A stretch of DNA of 32,000 nt from Pasteurella multocida (GCF_900187275.1 NZ_LT906458.1:1170001-1202000), one strand, 5' to 3'; positions 10,556 through 19,034 are shown, numbered from the stretch's first letter. Numbers and translations: made by a program. The notes: generated by a model not told the origin, from the sequence alone.

Positions 10556-11752
10556 TTATTCCAGCAATACCCAGCCATCATCCAGCCAGTTACATAAGGA
10601 ATCAAGCAATAAATCCAAAGTGCTATCGGGATCGTCAGCTTGCGCACATAACTGAGTTAAAAAAGCAAAATCGAGTTGTTGACCGTCTGCTAGTGCTTTT
10701 AACACCTGTGCTTCAATCTCATTCAGTTCATCAAGCCATTCACCGTTCGCATAAACGCGCAATGGATTTTCAAGATAAAGTAATTTGCAGTTATTATCCT
10801 GCACAATTGTGCCATTTTCTGCTAAAATCGACCGCACTTCATCTAAATCACAATAGCCTTCTGTTTCAAGTAACTCATAACGTCTGCTGCTCACAGTGGT
10901 AGCAACGGCGTGTTGGAATAAACGATCAAATTGTGCAGAATTTGCTAATTTGGCGAAAAACTGCTGTTTCATATTTTCCACCATCACAGGATCCAGCTTA
11001 CCTGTCGCTTGCGTTGCTGGACTTAAACGCAGTGGAATATTCAATTCCGTCAAATCAATCTCTGGCAACGCTTGGCACATGCCTTTATTGATGTTGTCGA
11101 ATAAATCGGCAACATTCGGATAACGCAAACCAAAAGAAAAGGTTAAACAATCATCTTGTGCGACACCATAATGAGATAAGCGAGAAGGGACATACAAAAT
11201 ATCGCCTGGTGCCATCACTTCATCTAAAATGAGCTCACCCATATCATCAAAAATACGAATTGGCTGATTGGTTTTAAATTCGGTGCTTGGATCGCACCAT
11301 TTACCTAATTGCCAACGGCGATGTCCATAGCCTTGCACCAAAAACACATCATATTCATCATAATGTCGACCGACTGAACCGCCTGCTGGTGCATAAGACA
11401 CCATAATGTCATCCCGTTGCCATTGAGGAATAAAACCAAAGGCGTGCCATAATTGCCCTAATTCTGGCGACCATTGTTCTAAATTTTGTACTAATACAGA
11501 CCATTGTGCTGGCAAATTTTTAAAATCTTTTGCTGTTAATGGACTGCGTGCTAATTGCCAATTGTCTTCGGAAAATTGTTTAATTAAACGAGAGGTCACG
11601 TCTTCTTGTTGAGCGAGCTCAATAATATCATCCGGTTCAAACATCCCGACAATTTCAGGTAAGCCATTGCGAATCAATAACGGTTGTTTTTGCCAATAAT
11701 CACGTAAAAAAATCTCGGGGGTAATGTGTTCAGGTAAACAAAATTTCATCAT
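10556..11752 (-). CDS. roxA: JmjC/cupin ribosomal protein uL16 arginine hydroxylase (YcfD/RoxA)
   Basis: 398 aa. The N-terminus resembles YcfD (FLRDYWQKQPLLIRNG), and the Fe(II) triad HYD...H is present (GRHYDEYDVF, SHYG). Confidence 0.85.
   Translation of the reverse strand: MMKFCLPEHITPEIFLRDYWQKQPLLIRNGLPEIVGMFEPDDIIELAQQEDVTSRLIKQFSEDNWQLARSPLTAKDFKNLPAQWSVLVQNLEQWSPELGQLWHAFGFIPQWQRDDIMVSYAPAGGSVGRHYDEYDVFLVQGYGHRRWQLGKWCDPSTEFKTNQPIRIFDDMGELILDEVMAPGDILYVPSRLSHYGVAQDDCLTFSFGLRYPNVADLFDNINKGMCQALPEIDLTELNIPLRLSPATQATGKLDPVMVENMKQQFFAKLANSAQFDRLFQHAVATTVSSRRYELLETEGYCDLDEVRSILAENGTIVQDNNCKLLYLENPLRVYANGEWLDELNEIEAQVLKALADGQQLDFAFLTQLCAQADDPDSTLDLLLDSLCNWLDDGWVLLE
10831..10839 (-). repeat. 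Uptake signal sequence core, inside roxA
   Basis: Exact 9-mer accgcactt. Confidence 0.9.
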
Positions 11753-11802
11753 GCTCTCTTTCTGTTCGGTATGATCTTTGCGGTAAAACCCAAAGGATCG
11801 GT

Positions 11803-12102
11803 TTATTTTTTCTTGGCTTGTGCCGCTTGCTGCTCTGCACGTTTACGGCGAATTTCTTTTGGATCAGCTAACAACGGGCGGTAAATCTCGATACGATCGC
11901 CATCTTTGAGTTGATCGGTTAATTTTGCTGGGCGACTAAAAATACCCACCTTGTTTTCCCGCAAATCAATTTCGGTAAATTGTTGCAAAATGCCCGATTG
12001 CAAAATCGCGGTTTGAATCATCGTCCCTTCTTCTACCGTGAGTTTTTTTAAATAGTAACGTTCAGGATAAGCATACGCGATTTCAATCTTAATTTGCGCC
12101 AT
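11803..12102 (-). CDS. ratB: RnfH-family ubiquitin-fold protein RatB (YfjF, UPF0125)
   Basis: Collinear with E. coli YfjF from MAQIKIEIAYA (ATG at 12102): KVGIFSRPAKL..DGDRIEIYRPL.ADPKE.RR.RAE. It overlaps the ratA stop by 14 nt. Confidence 0.88.
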   Translation of the reverse strand: MAQIKIEIAYAYPERYYLKKLTVEEGTMIQTAILQSGILQQFTEIDLRENKVGIFSRPAKLTDQLKDGDRIEIYRPLLADPKEIRRKRAEQQAAQAKKK

Positions 12103-12529
12103 GATATACCTCTCTTGCGCGTTGCTTGAATGCGTCAATCATCTTGCTGGTTAAATGGGTAAAGATCTGCCCAAATGCCATCGCGATCAAGGGATTAGAA
12201 AACTCAAATTCTAATTTCAAGGCAATCTTACAGCAACACTCGTCTAATTCATCAAATTGCCATTCCCCTTGCAAAAAACGAAAGGGACCTTCCACCAATT
12301 GCATTTTGATCGAACGGTTCTCAACCATTTGATTGCGAGTCGTAAATTGCTGGCGAATGCCCGCTTTTGAAATCACCAGTTCCGCCGTTAATTCATGACC
12401 ATTTTGGGTCAAGGTACGCCCATTCACACAGCCCGGTACAAATTCAGGATAACGTTCATAATTATTCACTAATTGATACATTTGTGCAGCACTATAAGGC
12501 ACTAATGCACTTTGATTAATTGTTGGCAT
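12089..12529 (-). CDS. ratA: SRPBCC/START-fold ribosome association protein RatA (YfjG)
   Basis: 146 aa, collinear with E. coli RatA (ALVPYSA.QMYQLVN....YP.F.PGC ... SKAGI...FTTRNQ). Confidence 0.9.
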   Translation of the reverse strand: MPTINQSALVPYSAAQMYQLVNNYERYPEFVPGCVNGRTLTQNGHELTAELVISKAGIRQQFTTRNQMVENRSIKMQLVEGPFRFLQGEWQFDELDECCCKIALKLEFEFSNPLIAMAFGQIFTHLTSKMIDAFKQRAREVYHGAN

Positions 12530-12575
12530 GAGGTTTTATTCTTGATTGAAAAAAATTCTACATATTATAGCGGAA

Positions 12576-12584
12576 AAGTGCGGT
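12576..12584 (+). repeat. Uptake signal sequence core, ratA-pth intergenic region
   Basis: Exact 9-mer aagtgcggt followed by caaaataagg (A/T-rich flank). Confidence 0.9.
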
Positions 12585-12623
12585 CAAAATAAGGCAAGAA
12601 TGGAGAAAATCTGTGTTTCAAAA

Positions 12624-12652
12624 TTGAGAGTTGCGCTATTTTCCGCTACAAT
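12624..12652 (+). promoter_or_regulatory. Predicted sigma70 promoter for pth-ychF
   Basis: -35 TTGAGA (12624-12629), 17-bp spacer, -10 TACAAT (12647-12652), 33 nt upstream of the pth ATG. The -10 lies inside a perfect 9-bp inverted repeat (12632-12640 / 12650-12658). Confidence 0.5.
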
Positions 12653-12684
12653 AGCGCACTATTTTGACTGTTGGAAGAAGATCA

Positions 12685-13269
12685 ATGTCTGAAATAAAGT
12701 TAATTGTTGGTTTGGGTAATCCGGGCGATAAATATGCCGATACCCGCCACAATGCGGGAGAATGGTTAATCAATCGTTTAGCGCGCCAATTTCATTTTAG
12801 TTTAACGCCCGAGAGCAAATTTTCAGGCAAAACGGCACGCACCATCATCAACGGCAATGAAATCCGCTTTCTCGTACCAACGACCTTTATGAATTTGAGT
12901 GGTAAAGCCATCAGTAGCTTGGCAAATTTCTATCGCATCAAACCAGAAGAGATTTTAGTCATTCATGATGAATTAGATTTACCACCGGGTGTAGCAAAAA
13001 TTAAACAAGGTGGCGGACATGGTGGACACAACGGTTTGCGTGATACTATCGCGCAATTAGGCAACAATAAAAACTTCTATCGCTTAAGAGTTGGCATTGG
13101 ACATCCTGGTGATAAAAATTTGGTTTCAGCGTATGTGTTAAATAAACCGTCACCTACCGATTGGCAACTGATTGACAAAGCTTTAGATGAAGCCACAAGT
13201 TGTGTAGATATTCTGATTAAAGATGGCATTACTAAAGCCACCAACCGTTTAAATGCGTTTAAAGCATAA
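12685..13269 (+). CDS. pth: Peptidyl-tRNA hydrolase
   Basis: The Pth sequence starts at [14 protein letters not shown] (ATG 12685), with ..[11 protein letters not shown].. and ..HGGHNGLRD.. Confidence 0.96.
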   Translation: MSEIKLIVGLGNPGDKYADTRHNAGEWLINRLARQFHFSLTPESKFSGKTARTIINGNEIRFLVPTTFMNLSGKAISSLANFYRIKPEEILVIHDELDLPPGVAKIKQGGGHGGHNGLRDTIAQLGNNKNFYRLRVGIGHPGDKNLVSAYVLNKPSPTDWQLIDKALDEATSCVDILIKDGITKATNRLNAFKA

Positions 13270-13302
13270 AAAAGATTAATAGTTAAAAAGTAAGGAAAAA
13301 CT

Positions 13303-14394
13303 ATGGGATTTAAATGTGGCATCGTGGGTTTACCTAACGTCGGTAAATCAACCCTATTTAATGCATTAACCAAAGCGGGGATTGAAGCCGCCAACTACCC
13401 GTTTTGTACCATTGAACCTAACACGGGGGTTGTACCAATGCCCGATCCACGTTTGGACGCCTTAGCGGAAATCGTCAAACCTGAGCGAGTGTTACCGACT
13501 ACGATGGAATTTGTGGATATTGCCGGATTAGTCGCAGGCGCCAGCAAAGGCGAAGGCTTAGGCAATAAATTCTTAGCCAACATCCGTGAAACTGACGCGA
13601 TTGGGCATGTGGTTCGTTGTTTTGAAAATGATGACATCGTTCATGTCGCAGGACAAATTAATCCTGCAGAAGATATCGACACGATCAATACCGAATTGGC
13701 ATTAGCAGATTTAGACAGTTGCGAACGTGCCATTCAACGTTTACAAAAACGGGCCAAAGGCGGCGATAAAGACGCCAAATTTGAATTGTCTATTATGGAA
13801 AAAATCCTGCCTGTGCTGGAAAACGCCGGCATGATTCGTTCCATCGATTTAGACAAAGACGAACTACAAGCGATCAAAGGTTATAACTTCTTAACCTTAA
13901 AACCGACAATGTACATCGCCAACGTCAATGAAGACGGCTTTGAAAATAATCCATATCTTGATCGTGTCCGTGAAATTGCGGAAAAAGAAGGTGCGGTAGT
14001 GGTGCCAGTGTGTGCAGCGATTGAATCGGAAATTGCCGAATTAGACGATGACGAAAAAATCGAGTTTTTACAAGATTTAGGTATTGAAGAGCCGGGCTTA
14101 AACCGCGTGATTCGTGCGGGTTATAAATTACTTAACCTACAAACTTACTTTACAGCGGGTGTCAAAGAAGTGCGTGCGTGGACAATTCCAATTGGTGCAA
14201 CTGCGCCCAAATCAGCGGCTGTGATTCACACTGATTTTGAAAAAGGCTTTATTCGCGCTGAAGTGATCGCCTATGATGACTTTATCCAATACAAAGGCGA
14301 AGCGGGTGCAAAAGAAGCCGGTAAATGGCGCTTAGAGGGCAAAGATTACATCGTACAAGATGGCGATGTAATGCATTTCCGCTTTAACGTCTAA
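13303..14394 (+). CDS. ychF: Ribosome-binding ATPase YchF
   Basis: 363 aa with G1 motif GLPNVGKST and full-length YchF/OLA1 similarity. The conserved pth-ychF pairing is kept. Confidence 0.97.
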   Translation: MGFKCGIVGLPNVGKSTLFNALTKAGIEAANYPFCTIEPNTGVVPMPDPRLDALAEIVKPERVLPTTMEFVDIAGLVAGASKGEGLGNKFLANIRETDAIGHVVRCFENDDIVHVAGQINPAEDIDTINTELALADLDSCERAIQRLQKRAKGGDKDAKFELSIMEKILPVLENAGMIRSIDLDKDELQAIKGYNFLTLKPTMYIANVNEDGFENNPYLDRVREIAEKEGAVVVPVCAAIESEIAELDDDEKIEFLQDLGIEEPGLNRVIRAGYKLLNLQTYFTAGVKEVRAWTIPIGATAPKSAAVIHTDFEKGFIRAEVIAYDDFIQYKGEAGAKEAGKWRLEGKDYIVQDGDVMHFRFNV

Positions 14395-14410
14395 AATTTT
14401 ATAAAAAAGC

Positions 14411-14419
14411 ACCGCACTT
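14411..14419 (-). repeat. Uptake signal sequence core (left arm of ychF terminator)
   Basis: Exact 9-mer accgcactt. Confidence 0.9.
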
Positions 14420-14428
14420 TATCGCAAT

Positions 14429-14437
14429 AAGTGCGGT
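14429..14437 (+). repeat. Uptake signal sequence core (right arm of ychF terminator)
   Basis: Exact 9-mer aagtgcggt. Confidence 0.9.
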
Positions 14438-14479
14438 GTTTTTTTGTTTAGTTTCATAATAAAAATAAGAGAAGACAGT

Positions 14480-15892
14480 ATGTCGAATAAAAAAATCGGT
14501 TTATTATCCCTCACCGCCTTAGTGTTAAGCTCGATGATTGGCTCGGGGATTTTTAGTTTGCCACAAAACATGGCGGAAGTGGCAGGTGCACAAGCACTCG
14601 TTATTGGTTGGATCATTACTGGTATTGGGATCATCTTTTTAGGTCTTTCCTTTTTCTTTATTTCCCGTTTACGTCCTGAGTTAGACGGCGGCATCTACAC
14701 TTATGCTCGAGAAGGTTTTGGCGATTTAGTCGGTTTTCTCTCTGCTTGGGGTTATTGGTTGTGTGCTACCATTGGTAGCGTTGGCTATTTAGTGGTCGCC
14801 TTTGAGGGAATCGGTTTATTTACCGATAATCCTAATCGTATCATTTTCGCTCAAGGCAATACGATTTTCGCCTTTCTAGGCTCTTCTTTAGTGGTTTGGT
14901 TAGTGCATTGGCTGATTACACGAGGAGTCAAAGAAGCAGCATTTCTAAATCTCTTAGCGACTTTTGTCAAAGCTTTTCCGTTAGTGTTGTTTATTGTATT
15001 AGCCGCTTGGTTTTTCTCACCAGAAACCTTTAACCATGATATTCAAGCCACAAATTTAAATCATTCCATTACTGATCAAGTGAAAAACACCATGTTGATC
15101 ACGCTCTGGGTATTCGTTGGGGTTGAAGGGGCAGCAGTGTTATCCGCTCACGCCAAAAAACGCAGTGATGTGGGGTTAGCCACGGTGTTGGGGATTGTGA
15201 TTGCCTTAATTTTATATGTGGCGATTACCGTATTATCTCTGGGGATCTTACCACGTGAAATGATCGCCAATATGCCCAATCCGTCGATGGCTGGTCTGCT
15301 AGAACATATGATTGGCAGTAGCGGTAAAATCATTATCACCGCCTGTTTAATTGTCTCTGTGTTAGCGTCTTACATTAGTTGGACTATGTATTCTGCCGAA
15401 GTCCCTTATCGTGGCGCGCAAAACGGGGCGTTCCCGAAAATCTTAAATAAGATCAACGAAAACGACACGCCAATTAACTCTCTGTGGTTCACTAACCTCG
15501 TGGTGCAATTCTGTCTCGTGTTGGTATTAATGACAGGTAAAAGCTATAACGCACTGTTGTTAATTTCCACCTCTATGATCTTAGTGCCGTATTTCCTGAT
15601 TGGTGCCTACTTATTGAAATTGTCTATTCAACAAAACAGTGCTTGGTATATCAAGCTTACTGGGTTACTTGCCTCGATTTACGGAGTCTGGATTTTATAT
15701 GCCGCCGGACTAGATCATTTATTGTTATCGATCTTGCTGTATGTCCCGGGGATTGGAATCTACTTATATTCTCGCTATCAGCACCAAGGCAAACTTCATT
15801 TTAATCAAAAAGAGAAAGCACTATTGCTCTTTATTGCTATCGCGTTTATGTTAGCTATTTACAATAGTGCTGTTAATGTCAATTGGAATTAA
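14480..15892 (+). CDS. arcD: APC-superfamily basic amino acid/polyamine antiporter, ArcD (arginine:ornithine exchanger) type; substrate not determinable from sequence
   Basis: 470 aa from MSNKKIGLLSLTALVLSSMIGSGIFSLPQNMA (ATG 14480). Collinear with ArcD-family signatures (RPELDGGIYTYAREGFGD, KEAAFLNL, KKRSDVG, NPSMAGLLEH, LISTSMILVPY). About 12-13 TM segments. Confidence 0.75.
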   Translation: MSNKKIGLLSLTALVLSSMIGSGIFSLPQNMAEVAGAQALVIGWIITGIGIIFLGLSFFFISRLRPELDGGIYTYAREGFGDLVGFLSAWGYWLCATIGSVGYLVVAFEGIGLFTDNPNRIIFAQGNTIFAFLGSSLVVWLVHWLITRGVKEAAFLNLLATFVKAFPLVLFIVLAAWFFSPETFNHDIQATNLNHSITDQVKNTMLITLWVFVGVEGAAVLSAHAKKRSDVGLATVLGIVIALILYVAITVLSLGILPREMIANMPNPSMAGLLEHMIGSSGKIIITACLIVSVLASYISWTMYSAEVPYRGAQNGAFPKILNKINENDTPINSLWFTNLVVQFCLVLVLMTGKSYNALLLISTSMILVPYFLIGAYLLKLSIQQNSAWYIKLTGLLASIYGVWILYAAGLDHLLLSILLYVPGIGIYLYSRYQHQGKLHFNQKEKALLLFIAIAFMLAIYNSAVNVNWN

Positions 15893-15917
15893 CTCGTTAA
15901 TCTTCAATCAAACAGAA

Positions 15918-15926
15918 AAGTGCGGT
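15918..15926 (+). repeat. Uptake signal sequence core (left arm of antiporter terminator)
   Basis: Exact 9-mer aagtgcggt. Confidence 0.9.
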
Positions 15927-15954
15927 CAGTTTTTAACAATTTTTTGAAAAACTG

Positions 15955-15963
15955 ACCGCACTT
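15955..15963 (-). repeat. Uptake signal sequence core (right arm of antiporter terminator)
   Basis: Exact 9-mer accgcactt. Confidence 0.9.
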
Positions 15964-16059
15964 TTTCTCTCCCAGTCCTACCTCTGCCTCGCCCTTGTGG
16001 TCAGAGCAAAACTTTGCGACAATCGGACAGAACGTTTGTTTTTTGTTAGGAATCGCCCT

Positions 16060-16788
16060 ATGACATTATCTGAGCTACTTCATCACCGCCGCGCCGTACG
16101 TTATTTTGATCCCGACAAACCGCTTGATAGTGAAAAAGTGACACAATGCTTGCAGTTGGCAACTTTGGCACCAAGCAGTTCTAATATGCAACTGTATGAG
16201 TTCTACCACATCACTGATAAAGCCCTTCTTGCACAATTAGCCACTGCCTGTTTAGGACAACAAACAGCAACCACAGCACAACAAATGGTGGTGTTTGTGA
16301 CTCGCCAAGATTTGTATAAACAACGCGCTCAAGCAGTTTTAGCCTTTGAGAGCGAAAACATTAAGCGCCATAGTCCACCTGACCGTTGGGAAAATCGCCT
16401 AAAGGGCAAAACGCTCTATTATGCAAAACTGATGCCCTTTATTTATGCACGCTGTTTTGGTTTATTAGGTTTGTTTCGCAAGGGATTAGCTTATGCTATC
16501 CGTTTATTTCGTCCTGTCAGCACTGAAGTATCGGAAGCGGATGTGCGTGTGGTGGTGCATAAAAGTTGTGGGTTGGCGGCACAAACCTTTATGCTGTTAA
16601 TGGCGGAACAAGGCTATGATACATGCCCAATTGAGGGATTAGATGGTGGTAAAGTGAAAAAGCTTCTTTCGCTCCCACAGGGTGCTGAAATCAATATGAT
16701 TGTGTCATGTGGGGTACGTAAAGCTGGACGAGGCATTTGGGGTGATCGCTTTCGTGTGCCTTTTGATGAAGTGTATCATAGAAAATAA
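16060..16788 (+). CDS. Nitroreductase-family NAD(P)H oxidoreductase
   Basis: 242 aa from MTLSELLHHRRAVRYFD (ATG 16060), with motifs typical of the nitroreductase fold (RRAVRYF, APSSSNMQ, CPIEG). The track ORF starting at 15997 has no support for its extra 21 codons. Confidence 0.8.
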   Translation: MTLSELLHHRRAVRYFDPDKPLDSEKVTQCLQLATLAPSSSNMQLYEFYHITDKALLAQLATACLGQQTATTAQQMVVFVTRQDLYKQRAQAVLAFESENIKRHSPPDRWENRLKGKTLYYAKLMPFIYARCFGLLGLFRKGLAYAIRLFRPVSTEVSEADVRVVVHKSCGLAAQTFMLLMAEQGYDTCPIEGLDGGKVKKLLSLPQGAEINMIVSCGVRKAGRGIWGDRFRVPFDEVYHRK

Positions 16789-16834
16789 ATCAAAGAGATA
16801 AGGAAAAAGGACACGAAAAAGTAGTTAAAAATGT

Positions 16835-16843
16835 ACCGCACTT
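16835..16843 (-). repeat. Uptake signal sequence core, downstream of the nitroreductase gene
   Basis: Exact 9-mer accgcactt. Confidence 0.9.
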
Positions 16844-16901
16844 TTAACCACTTCGCTCAAATCTAAGGTCGTAGTCTGTCGCCTTGCCAAAAGTTGTAAT
16901 A

Positions 16902-16927
16902 CATACCGCACGTTATTGTGCGGTATG
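16902..16927. terminator. Hairpin between the convergent nitroreductase and amidohydrolase genes (degenerate USS-like arms)
   Basis: 10-bp stem cataccgcac (16902-16911) / gtgcggtatg (16918-16927) with a 6-nt loop. There is only a weak U-tract on either strand. Confidence 0.5.
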
Positions 16928-16936
16928 CGTATTGAC

Positions 16937-18175
16937 TTAACCCACCACCTCTGCCTGTGTTAATACGACCTTTTGCAAGACTTTAATCCCTGCGTCAATA
17001 TCTTGCCATTCGGTAAACTCCAACGGATTATGACTAATACCCAGATGTGAAGGTACAAAAATCATTCCCGTTGGGCAAAGTGTTGCCATATGCATCGCAT
17101 CGTGCCCCGCCCCACTTGGCATCACTTCGTAACTATAACCGAGAGTTTCAGCGCTTTGCCTAATTTGCTCAACCATCTCTTGCGGCAATAATACAGGGTT
17201 ATCTTTCGAAATCAGCTGTAATTCAATCTGCAAGCCTCGTTTTTGTGCGACTTGTTCAATCTGCTGTTGTAACGCCGTAAAGACTGACTCTCTGGCTTCC
17301 ACATGAATACCACGAATATCAACTAACAGTTCGCAATAGCCCGGTACCACATTCATTACACCGGGTTTTGCCGTCAAATTCCCCACGGTTGCTACCGTAG
17401 CATGCCCCGCATCAATCGCAGCTTGCTCAACAGCGAGCGCCAGTTCTGCACCACCCAATAACGCATCATGACGATAATGCATCGCCGTGGCACCAGAATG
17501 ATCCGCTTGACCTTGAATTTTCACCACGCAACGAATTGGTGCGGCAATACCGGTCACCACACCAATGGTTTTGTTTTCATTTTCTAAACGAGGACCTTGC
17601 TCAATGTGCAATTCTACAAAACATTTAAATTCTTCACTGGTACGTTTTGCATGGTGAATTGTCGAGAAATCCAACCCAATATCGGCTAACGCTTGCGCAA
17701 ACGCCGTGCCTTGTTTATCACGCAAGTGGCTTAAGCCCGCCTGCTCCACCACACCACACATCACTTTACTGCCTAAGGTAGCGTAGTTAAAACGACTTGA
17801 TTCTTCACAGGTAAAAATAATCAGTTCTAAGGGATAACGGGTTTTAATGCCTTGCTCACAAAGTTGAAATAAAATTTCCAACCCTGCTACCGATCCCAAT
17901 GGACCATCCAATTTCCCCGCATTGACCACGGTATCAATATGCGAGCCAAAGGCGACGACTGGCAGATGATCTTCAATACCTGCTTTACGAATAAAAAGAT
18001 TGCCGATTTCGTCACGGCGAATCGCAAGATCATAAGTTTGACATAAATCGACGATATATTTATGCGCTTTTTCATCTTCTCGGCTAAATGCCAAACGGGT
18101 TAATTCGCCTTCGACAGAAGACATTGAGGCGAGCGTGTCAATAATAGATTGCACGCGAGCTAAATTGATCGACAT
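16937..18175 (-). CDS. M20-family Zn-dependent amidohydrolase (N-carbamoyl-L-amino-acid hydrolase / allantoate amidohydrolase family)
   Basis: 412 aa with family motifs AFGSHIDTVVNAGKLDGPLG, CEESSRF, ELHIEQGP, QADHSGATAM and GAGHDAM. AAGGAG sits 5 nt before the ATG. Confidence 0.85.
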   Translation of the reverse strand: MSINLARVQSIIDTLASMSSVEGELTRLAFSREDEKAHKYIVDLCQTYDLAIRRDEIGNLFIRKAGIEDHLPVVAFGSHIDTVVNAGKLDGPLGSVAGLEILFQLCEQGIKTRYPLELIIFTCEESSRFNYATLGSKVMCGVVEQAGLSHLRDKQGTAFAQALADIGLDFSTIHHAKRTSEEFKCFVELHIEQGPRLENENKTIGVVTGIAAPIRCVVKIQGQADHSGATAMHYRHDALLGGAELALAVEQAAIDAGHATVATVGNLTAKPGVMNVVPGYCELLVDIRGIHVEARESVFTALQQQIEQVAQKRGLQIELQLISKDNPVLLPQEMVEQIRQSAETLGYSYEVMPSGAGHDAMHMATLCPTGMIFVPSHLGISHNPLEFTEWQDIDAGIKVLQKVVLTQAEVVG

Positions 18176-18196
18176 AAAGACTCCTTAGTTGATAAC

Positions 18197-18225
18197 AAAA
18201 AAGCAGTGCTCAACACACTGCTTTT
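18197..18225 (-). terminator. Canonical intrinsic-terminator hairpin located in the leader of the amidohydrolase gene, about 145 nt downstream of ytfJ
   Basis: Minus strand reads aaaagcagtg-tgttgag-cactgctttttt: 7-bp GC-containing stem (18202-18208 / 18216-18222) with an A/U extension and a U6 tail. It ends about 12 nt before the AAGGAG RBS of the downstream gene. Confidence 0.7.
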
Positions 18226-18367
18226 GCAGGATAACGCCACTTATCCTTGTACAACATTCATACTGGCTTGACAACCCATTACAGCACAGATACTTGAATT
18301 AGATCATATAATCTTTTATAAATCGATGATTTTAACGTGCAATGCTTTTTTAAAAAGTTTTCCTGTT

Positions 18368-18922
18368 CTATTTCACTAATTCACCAATTAATCCAATCAC
18401 TTCTTGCACTTGCGCAGTCGATAGCGCTCCTTCATGGACAAATTTGACTTTGCCCGCTTTATCTAACACGACAACCAAGCTTTCTTTTTCCTTTAATTGC
18501 CAAGCTGCTTTTACCGCACCGCGTTGATCTAACACCACTTGGCTATGCGCATTGGCTTTTTTGCCTTTTTCTGCACCACTTTTTACAAAACTGCCCGTGC
18601 CGAAGGTTGCGTCATCAGCATTAATAATCGTGGTTGTCTGATATTTGGCACGATCAAATTGTGCCCCTTTAATCGCCTCAATTAATGCTTGATTACGTTC
18701 TTTCACATCACGTCGTCCTGCAATGTGGTTCACGACACGTACTTTTCCCACTAATTGTGCCGAATGCCAAGCATGATACTGCACTGCCTCACCTTTTACA
18801 CTCAATTCTCCATCTTCAGCAACATTAACAGATGCTAAAGGTTGATTTAACTGGATATTATGGGCATGCGCTGAAAATGCGCAAAATGTGGCTAACCCTA
18901 AAACAAATGTCATTTTTTTCAT
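18368..18922 (-). CDS. ytfJ: Periplasmic YtfJ-family protein (thioredoxin-like fold)
   Basis: 184 aa with a signal peptide (..AFSAHA), collinear with E. coli YtfJ (WHSAQLVGKVRVVNHIAGR...YQTTTIINADDA...VVVLDKAGKV). Confidence 0.88.
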   Translation of the reverse strand: MKKMTFVLGLATFCAFSAHAHNIQLNQPLASVNVAEDGELSVKGEAVQYHAWHSAQLVGKVRVVNHIAGRRDVKERNQALIEAIKGAQFDRAKYQTTTIINADDATFGTGSFVKSGAEKGKKANAHSQVVLDQRGAVKAAWQLKEKESLVVVLDKAGKVKFVHEGALSTAQVQEVIGLIGELVK

Positions 18923-19005
18923 TTTCTTTACCTTGTTAACTCAAAGAGGATGCATTCTACCGAAAAACAAAAAATAAACAAATCAGAGCTGTTATTCACA
19001 TAATT

Positions 19006-19034
19006 TTGGCAAAATTGCGCTTTTTTGCTATAAT
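19006..19034 (+). promoter_or_regulatory. Predicted sigma70 promoter for yjdM/phnA
   Basis: -35 TTGGCA (19006-19011), 17-bp spacer, TGc-extended -10 TATAAT (19029-19034), 30 nt upstream of the ATG. Confidence 0.6.

Larger units (their letters stand above)
14410..14445 (+). terminator. Rho-independent terminator of ychF built from an inverted USS pair
   Basis: 10-bp stem caccgcactt (14410-14419) / aagtgcggtg (14429-14438), 9-nt loop, then T7 (14439-14445). Confidence 0.9.
15916..15965 (+). terminator. Long hairpin terminator after the antiporter, built from an inverted USS pair
   Basis: 19-bp perfect stem aaaagtgcggtcagttttt (15916-15934) / aaaaactgaccgcactttt (15947-15965) with a 12-nt loop. 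The T-run forms the 3' end of the stem. Confidence 0.85.

Noticed and set aside
11803-12529. ratA-ratB as a toxin-antitoxin or defence module.
   Set aside because: This is the conserved core yfjG-yfjF pair found next to housekeeping genes across gamma-proteobacteria. RatB is an RnfH-fold protein, not a demonstrated antitoxin. Nothing in the sequence suggests a mobile or defence context.
16011-16030. TGCGA half-site (tttgcgacaatcggacag) upstream of the nitroreductase gene, considered as a possible Sxy-dependent CRP-S competence-regulon site.
   Set aside because: Only one half-site matches. The second half (gacag) does not resemble TCGCA or TCACA. The same bases are better explained as a TGc-extended -10 (GACAAT, 16018-16023) with -35 TTGTGG (15995-16000).
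15979-16956. Shared 10-mer acctctgcct at about 15980 and about 16947, flanking the nitroreductase gene, considered as a possible direct repeat of an insertion.
   Set aside because: Hundreds of chance 10-mer pairs are expected in 32 kb (about 32000^2 / 2 / 4^10). The second copy lies inside the amidohydrolase coding sequence, and there is no extended similarity around either copy.
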